From Vicinamibacteria bacterium (GTDB taxonomy: Bacteria > Acidobacteriota > Vicinamibacteria > Marinacidobacterales > Marinacidobacteraceae): a stretch of DNA of 64,000 nucleotides. The stretch covers positions 2,016,001-2,080,000 of the forward strand of contig OZ241322.1 in the NCBI GenBank assembly GCA_965199715.1. The letters are read 5' to 3'. The notes under the pieces are model-generated. The model ran no database searches, was not told the DNA's origin, and saw only the letters and a program-made list of their open reading frames with translations. Each line of letters opens with the position of its first letter. Position 1 is the first letter of the stretch. Shown one piece after another: positions 58,409 through 64,000 of the stretch. Both the position numbers and the translations under genes were made by a program.

Positions 58409-58971
58409 ATGAGCCTCTTGTGCGGCGATGAACCCTTCCACGCCAGCGGAATGCCGCGCAATGTCTCCCTGAGGGACTACTGGCGCCGGTCTTCGTCCAA
58501 CCTTCTGAACGACATCGAACGCGCCGCCCTCGTTCACGGTCTGGTCCGTCGTGTGTTCGGGCAGCCCACGGAGCCACGCGATCGTTGGGAGGCGCATGAC
58601 TTGGAGACCTCAGGCGGGATCAAGGTCGCCGTACGGACCACGGCCTACTTCTGTCGTGGGGTGACGGCCCGGCAGATCCAACGGGAATGGAGTTCGCCAT
58701 CGCTCCGCCCAAAGGGGGGACAAGGCGCACGACCGACGTGTACGTTTTCTGTGTGCTGGGAGACCCCGAAGCGACGGAACCTGATCCTCTGGACCTCGAC
58801 CAATGGGAGTTCTCCGTCCTTGGCGGGGCGATTCTGCACCGTGAGGCGGAGGGCCAGAAGAACATCAGCATTCGCCCGCTGGAGCGGCTCGTGAAAGCCG
58901 CGCCCGGGGCGGGACCCGTGAGGTACGACCGTCTCCGAGCGGCAATCGAGCGGCTTGCGTCGGCTGGATGA
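58409..58971 (+). pseudogene. Frameshifted homologue of the downstream PD-(D/E)XK-like protein
   Basis: DYWRRSSSNLL..HDL..AYF in one frame, then SW..DVYVFC..PDPLDLDQW..QKNIS in another; shift near 58652. Confidence 0.85.
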
Positions 58972-59118
58972 CCTCTCGCCGAACGAGGGCGGGGCGGTCC
59001 GAAAGAATTTCGCCCCGCCGCTCCAGACCCTCGGGGATCCCACTCCCGGTCGATGGCGGGCGCTCTCAGGGCGCGAGATCGATTCGTGACGAGAGTTGAC
59101 CCGCTGAGGGCGTCGGCC

Positions 59119-59163
59119 GAGCTCCTGCAGTTCGCGCTGCTCCGCGACGCCGGCGAGGTCTGA
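59119..59163 (+). repeat. Direct repeat copy 2: orphan uvrB 3' end including TGA
   Basis: Reads [14 protein letters not shown] versus [14 protein letters not shown] in uvrB. Confidence 0.95.
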
Positions 59164-59178
59164 GACCATCCGCGCGCC

Positions 59179-59784
59179 ATGCCTCGCCGAACCTTCCGCA
59201 AACGCGCTCCGCGGCGGCTGCTCGGCGGGGACCAGTCGTTCTGCGCTGGGGGCGCGCCACTCCGCTTCAGACCAGGGGATTACTGGCGCTGGTCCGGCTC
59301 CGATCTCCTGGGGAACACGGGGCGCGGCGTCCTTGCGGAATATCTGGTCGGATGCGCGCTCGACGCGGTGCGCGGTCCTCGCTTGGAGTGGGGCGCCCAC
59401 GACCTGCTCTTCGGCGCGGTCAAGGTCGAAGTGAAGAGCGCCGCGTACTTCCAATCGTGGCCCCAGAAGCGCGCTTCGCCCATCAGATTCGGAGTCGGGC
59501 GCCGCCGTCATGCGTGGGATTCCGAAACGGGTACGGAGGAGCGCGCCGACCCGCCGCAGCGGTGGGCCGACGTGTACGTCTTCTGCGAGCTCGGCGAACC
59601 AGGCGGCACGGAACCCGACCCGTTCAACCTCGACGAATGGCGGTCCTACGTCGCCAGTCGGGCCGTCCTGGACGAGGAGTCGGGAGATCAGAAGACCGTT
59701 TCCCGGCGCCGGCTCGGAGAAATGGGGTGCGCCGCATTGCCCTGCGACCAAATCCGCGCCGCGGTCGAGCGGGCCGCCCGATGA
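59179..59784 (+). CDS. Uncharacterised PD-(D/E)XK-like nuclease-fold protein
   Basis: RGVLAEYLV (E), HDL (D), VEVKSAAY (ExK), ADVYVFC. Confidence 0.75.
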   Translation: MPRRTFRKRAPRRLLGGDQSFCAGGAPLRFRPGDYWRWSGSDLLGNTGRGVLAEYLVGCALDAVRGPRLEWGAHDLLFGAVKVEVKSAAYFQSWPQKRASPIRFGVGRRRHAWDSETGTEERADPPQRWADVYVFCELGEPGGTEPDPFNLDEWRSYVASRAVLDEESGDQKTVSRRRLGEMGCAALPCDQIRAAVERAAR

Positions 59785-61073
59785 GCCTCGCCGACACGAT
59801 CCGCGAAAAGCACGACCGGTACGTGCTGCCGGCCGTCCAGACCTTCTACGACCAGCCCATGCCGGTCGTGAAGGGGGCCGGGAAGCACGTCTGGGACGCC
59901 GACGGGACCCGCTACCTCGACTTTTTCGGCGGCATCGTCACCGTCGGGCTCGGTCACTGCCACCCGGAAGTGAACGCCGCCGTCAAGGAGCAGGTGGACA
60001 CCCTCCAGCACTGCTCCACGCTGCTGCCGAACCAGCCGATGGTGGACGTGGCCGAACGCCTCGCCGCCGTGGCCCCCGGCGACTGCGACCGCAGCTTCTT
60101 CACGAACTCGGGCACCGAGGCCAACGAGATGGCCATCCTGCTCGCCGAGCTGCACACCGGGAGCAACGAGCTCATCACGCTCCGCCACGGCTACGCCGGA
60201 CGCAGCCTGATGACCATGAGCGCCACCGGGCAGGCGCCCTGGCGGCTCGGCGGCACCCACGTGCCCGGCATGAAGGTCGTGGCGAACGCCTACTGCTATC
60301 GCTGCCCCTTCGGCCTCGAGTACCCGTCCTGCGACCTGCGCTGCGCCCGCGACATCGAGGACGTCATCCAGACCACCACCTCGGGCCGCGTGGCCGGCTT
60401 CATCGCCGAGCCGATCCAGGGGGTCGGCGGCTTCATCACGCCGCCGCCCGGCTACTTCGAGGTCGCCGTCGAGATCGTGCGCCGCTACGGCGGGGTCTTC
60501 ATCTGCGACGAGATCCAGACCGGCTGGGGCCGCACCGGGACCCTCAACGGCATCGAGCACTGGGACGTGACCCCCGACGTCGTCACCTACGCCAAGGCGC
60601 TCGGCAACGGCGTTCCGGTGGGCGCGACCGTGGCCAGCGGCGCGATCGGCGCGGCGGTCACGGGAAGCACGCTCTCGACCTTCGGCGGCAATCCGGTGAG
60701 CATGGCCGCCGCCCGCACCGTGATCGACGTGGTGCGGCGCGACCGCCTCCACGAGAACGCCGAGCGCGTCGGCCGGCACTTCCGCGAGGGACTCGAGGAG
60801 CTGCAGGCGGCCCACCCGGTGATCGGCGAGGTCCGCGGCAAGGGCCTGATGCTCGCGCTGGAGCTGGTGAAGGACCGCGAGAGCCGCACGCCCGCTCCGG
60901 CCTTCACCGCCCGTTTGCTCGGGGCGGCGCGGGACGAGGGCCTGCTCATCGGCAAGGCGGGCCTGCACCGCAACTGCGTCCGCCTCTCGCCCCCGCTGAA
61001 CATCACCCGGGCGGACGCCGACGAGGCGCTGCGGCTCCTCGGGCGGGCGCTTGCCGCCGCCGCGCATCCGTGA
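59781..61073 (+). CDS. Class III PLP aminotransferase (AGXT2/GabT-like)
   Basis: FTNSGTEANE, AEPIQGVGG, DEIQTGWGRTG, AKALGNG, STFGGNP. Confidence 0.93.
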   Translation: MSLADTIREKHDRYVLPAVQTFYDQPMPVVKGAGKHVWDADGTRYLDFFGGIVTVGLGHCHPEVNAAVKEQVDTLQHCSTLLPNQPMVDVAERLAAVAPGDCDRSFFTNSGTEANEMAILLAELHTGSNELITLRHGYAGRSLMTMSATGQAPWRLGGTHVPGMKVVANAYCYRCPFGLEYPSCDLRCARDIEDVIQTTTSGRVAGFIAEPIQGVGGFITPPPGYFEVAVEIVRRYGGVFICDEIQTGWGRTGTLNGIEHWDVTPDVVTYAKALGNGVPVGATVASGAIGAAVTGSTLSTFGGNPVSMAAARTVIDVVRRDRLHENAERVGRHFREGLEELQAAHPVIGEVRGKGLMLALELVKDRESRTPAPAFTARLLGAARDEGLLIGKAGLHRNCVRLSPPLNITRADADEALRLLGRALAAAAHP

Positions 61074-62230
61074 GCGGCGCCGGCCCGCTCGCGGGCGTCC
61101 GGATTCTCGATCTCTCGCGGGTGCTCGCCGGCCCCTACGCGACCATGATGCTCGCCGACCTCGGCGCCGAGGTCGTCAAGGTCGAGTCGCCCGCCGGCGA
61201 CGACACCCGGACGTGGGGCCCGCCCTTCAAGGCGGGCGAGAGCGCGTACTTCCTCGCGGTGAACCGGGGCAAGAGGAGCGTCGCGCTCGACCTCAAGACC
61301 GAAGCCGGCAAGGATCGGCTTCGGCGGCTCCTCGAACGCAGCGACGTTCTGGTCGAGAACTTCCGGCCCGGCGCGATGGCCCGCCTCGGCTTCGCTCCGG
61401 AGGAGACCATGGCGCGCCATCCCCGCCTCGTCTGGTGCTCGGTCTCAGCCTACGGGCAGTACGGGCCGAAATCGCGCTCCCCCGGCTACGACGCGATCAT
61501 GCAGGGCGAGGCCGGCTGGATGAGCCTCACCGGTCCGGCGGAGGGACCGCCCTCCAAGGTGGGAGCCTCGCTCGCCGACATCACCGCCGGCATGATGGCC
61601 AGCTCCGGGATTCTCGCCGCGCTCTTCGCGCGGGAACGCGACGGACGGGGCCGCCGGGTGGACGTCGCGCTGTTCGACGCGGTCGTGGCCACGCTGTGCT
61701 ACCAGGCCCAGGGCTACCTGCTCACCGGCGAGCCGCCCGCGCGCAGCGGCAACAGCCATCCGGCGCTGACCCCCTACGAGAGCTTCGAGGCGAGCGACGG
61801 GCACGTCATCGTGGGGGTCGGCAACGACGCGACGTGGGCCCGATTCTGCGCCGTCGCCTGCCCCGAGCTGGACGCGCCGCGCTTCTCGAAGAACCCGGAC
61901 CGAGTGCGCCAGCGCCCGGAATTGCGCTCGCTCCTCGAGCCGGTCTTCCGGGCGCGCTCCGTCGGCGCGTGGGAGACGCTGCTCGGCGACGCCGGGGTGC
62001 CGGTCGGGCGCGTGCGCAGCGTCGCCGACATCCTCGACGGCGAGCAGCTCCGGGCGCGGGGGATGCTGGTCGAGCGGGACCACCCGGCGGTCGGCCGGCT
62101 TCGCCTCGTCGGCAACCCGGTCCAGATCGACGGAGCGAGCCGGACCGCGGCGCTTCCGCCCCCGACGCGCGGCCAGCACACCGCGGAGGTGCTCGCCTCG
62201 CTCGGAGGCGACGCGCTCGGCCGCTGCTAG
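61070..62230 (+). CDS. CaiB/BaiF family III CoA-transferase
   Basis: DLSRVLAGP, GDDTRTWGPP, NRGKRS, ENFRPG, GYD, ADITAG. Confidence 0.94.
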   Translation: MSGAGPLAGVRILDLSRVLAGPYATMMLADLGAEVVKVESPAGDDTRTWGPPFKAGESAYFLAVNRGKRSVALDLKTEAGKDRLRRLLERSDVLVENFRPGAMARLGFAPEETMARHPRLVWCSVSAYGQYGPKSRSPGYDAIMQGEAGWMSLTGPAEGPPSKVGASLADITAGMMASSGILAALFARERDGRGRRVDVALFDAVVATLCYQAQGYLLTGEPPARSGNSHPALTPYESFEASDGHVIVGVGNDATWARFCAVACPELDAPRFSKNPDRVRQRPELRSLLEPVFRARSVGAWETLLGDAGVPVGRVRSVADILDGEQLRARGMLVERDHPAVGRLRLVGNPVQIDGASRTAALPPPTRGQHTAEVLASLGGDALGRC

Positions 62231-62264
62231 CATTGGGCCGAAGGGTGGGGACTTCGATCGCGCC

Positions 62265-63179
62265 ATGGCTTCCGAAGAACGCGCCCGTTCCCGATTCCTC
62301 GCCGGGCTGACCTCGGGCGGGGCCGGGTCCGACGCGGTTCCGATCTGGAAGGAACGGTCGGCGTTGGCTTCCTTCGGCCTGCATCTGGGCCTCGCGGCGC
62401 TGCTCTTCCTCCCCGGATTCGCCGCGTTCCTCGATTCCGAGACCGCGCTCACCGCGGCGCCGCGCTTCCAGTTCGACGTGGCCGGCGGCGAGGGCCTCGG
62501 CGGCGGGGGAGGCGGCGGCGGGAGCGGCGGGAACCGCATCAGCGCCTACATTCCCGAGCGGGCGGAGACGCCGCCGGCTCCCGAGCCGCAGCGGGAGGCG
62601 CCCATCGCGCCGCGCAAGCCCCGCCCGCTGCGCTTCGAGGATCTCGAGAACCTCGAGGACGATCCCGACCGCATCGACTCGTTCCTCGGGAACGTGTTCT
62701 CCCCGCAGGCGGTGGACTCTCCCGGTCTCTCCCTGACCGATTTCGAGGATCGCGGCGGGCGGGACGCGGAACGCAGCGCCGGAACCGGAGGCGGGATCGG
62801 CGGAGGCGACGGAACCGGGGTCGGCGAGGGGCAGGGATGGGGCGTGGGCCCCGGCTACGGCGGCGGTTCGGGCGGCGGCGCGTACAGCCCGGGCGGCTAC
62901 GACGTGGAGCCGCGGCTCATCTTCGAGCCGGACGAGCCGCCCTACCCGGATTCGGCCCGCCGCCGCCGCATCACCGGCGAGGTCATGCTGCAGGTGCTGG
63001 TCAAGGTGGACGGAAGCACCGAAGTGCTCGGGGTCATCAAGTCCGGCTGCCGGGTCTGCGTCGAGACCGCCCGGGTGCACGCCCGCAAGTACCGCTGGCG
63101 GCCGGCGCTCAAGGACGGGAAGCCGGTCGAGGCGCTCGGCGTCATCACCGTCACCTTCGGCCTGTTCCCGGTCTCCTGA
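62265..63179 (+). CDS. Energy transducer TonB family protein
   Basis: N-terminal TM with SxxLH, Gly/Pro-rich linker, PYPDSARRRRITGEV, WRPALKDGKPV. Confidence 0.88.
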   Translation: MASEERARSRFLAGLTSGGAGSDAVPIWKERSALASFGLHLGLAALLFLPGFAAFLDSETALTAAPRFQFDVAGGEGLGGGGGGGGSGGNRISAYIPERAETPPAPEPQREAPIAPRKPRPLRFEDLENLEDDPDRIDSFLGNVFSPQAVDSPGLSLTDFEDRGGRDAERSAGTGGGIGGGDGTGVGEGQGWGVGPGYGGGSGGGAYSPGGYDVEPRLIFEPDEPPYPDSARRRRITGEVMLQVLVKVDGSTEVLGVIKSGCRVCVETARVHARKYRWRPALKDGKPVEALGVITVTFGLFPVS

Positions 63180-63186
63180 TCCCGCC

Positions 63187-63732
63187 GTGGCGCGTCCCGA
63201 GCAACTGCTGTCGGAGGAGTCCATCGACGAGCGGGTCCGGGAACTCGCCGCGGACGTCGTCGCCGCCGCCGGGACGGACCTGCACCTGCTCGTCGTGCTG
63301 CGGGGCGCCTTCGTCTTCGCCGCCGACCTGGCCCGAAGGCTCTCCGACGAGGGCGCCGAGGTCACGATCGACTTCTGCCGGGTCGTCTCCTACCGGGACG
63401 GGACCGAGGCGGGCCCGGTGGAGCTCGAGGGGCTGCGCGTCGAATCGCTCGCCGGCAAGGACGTGCTGATCGTCGAGGACATCATGGACACCGGAGGGGC
63501 GGCGCGGGCGCTCCTCGAGGCCATTCCCCCGGATTTGCCGCGTTCGCTGCGCACCGCCGCGCTGCTCGACAAGCCGGCCCGCCGCCGCCACGACCTGACC
63601 CCGGACTTCGTCGGCTTCGTGATTCCCGACTGCTTCGTCGTCGGGTACGGCCTCGATTTCGCCGGCCGGCACCGGCACCTACCGTACGTGGGCCGCCTCG
63701 ACGGAGGTCCCGACGGCGTCAGTCGGACCTGA
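63187..63732 (+). CDS. hpt: Hypoxanthine phosphoribosyltransferase
   Basis: [35 protein letters not shown]. Confidence 0.93.
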   Translation: MARPEQLLSEESIDERVRELAADVVAAAGTDLHLLVVLRGAFVFAADLARRLSDEGAEVTIDFCRVVSYRDGTEAGPVELEGLRVESLAGKDVLIVEDIMDTGGAARALLEAIPPDLPRSLRTAALLDKPARRRHDLTPDFVGFVIPDCFVVGYGLDFAGRHRHLPYVGRLDGGPDGVSRT

Positions 63733-64000
63733 ACTCCGGCTCGGCGGCGATCGCGGCGATCAGCCGCGTGAGCCTGGGGCTCGCCGCCTGGCCGGCCTCG
63801 TTCACGTGCGCGGCGTCGATCGCGCCGCCGCCCAGACCGGCCGCGAGATTGGACACGAACGCGAGGCCGGCGACCCGCATGCCCGCGTGCCGCGCCGCGA
63901 TCGCCTCCAGCACGATCGACATCCCCACGACGTCCGCCCCCATGGCCCGCAGCATGCGGATCTCGGCCGGAGTCTCCAGCTCGGGTCCGCGCACGCCGGC
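63719..64000 (-). CDS. Purine-nucleoside phosphorylase, C-terminal part (runs off the window)
   Basis: [32 protein letters not shown]. Confidence 0.9.
   Translation of the reverse strand, partial: AGVRGPELETPAEIRMLRAMGADVVGMSIVLEAIAARHAGMRVAGLAFVSNLAAGLGGGAIDAAHVNEAGQAASPRLTRLIAAIAAEPEFRSD

Noticed and set aside
58972-59118. Integron attC interpretation of the cassette spacer
   Set aside because: No clean RYYYAAC/GTTRRRY pair and no intI in the window.
62480-62900. GGC-rich repeats in tonB
   Set aside because: They encode an ordinary Gly-rich linker, not a DNA repeat element.

Overview
A very GC-rich, gene-dense bacterial chromosomal segment. An Oar-type TonB-dependent receptor, CRTAC1/ASPIC-UnbV and TPR proteins, a long-form IspH and a type-2 IleRS suggest Acidobacteriota (inference). 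About 57 CDSs and 3 tRNAs (Phe, Lys, Glu) are supported; most other long ORFs in the track are GC-rich shadow frames. The right half is mostly housekeeping (recA, ftsK, uppP, rsmA, trxB, purA, ileS, gmk, ispH, uvrB, hpt), and the left half is accessory or envelope metabolism. No CRISPR array, integrase, transposase or rRNA was seen. Most notable: (1) a 784-bp integrase-less cassette bounded by a 45-bp duplication of the uvrB 3' end, placing a dead, frameshifted PD-(D/E)XK-like gene in front of an intact homologue; (2) an in-frame RecQ(N-half)-DprA chimera; (3) a cluster of normally cytoplasmic enzymes carrying export signals (lipoprotein RidA, circularly permuted Tat D-amino acid oxidase, Tat PhnZ-like HD protein); (4) a Tat Mo-hydroxylase operon whose FAD subunit lacks the [4Fe-4S] cysteines and is followed by a small 5-Cys protein; (5) an IleRS with KESKS in place of KMSKS; (6) pervasive -10 boxes just upstream of start codons. 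All family calls come from motif recognition, not database searches.
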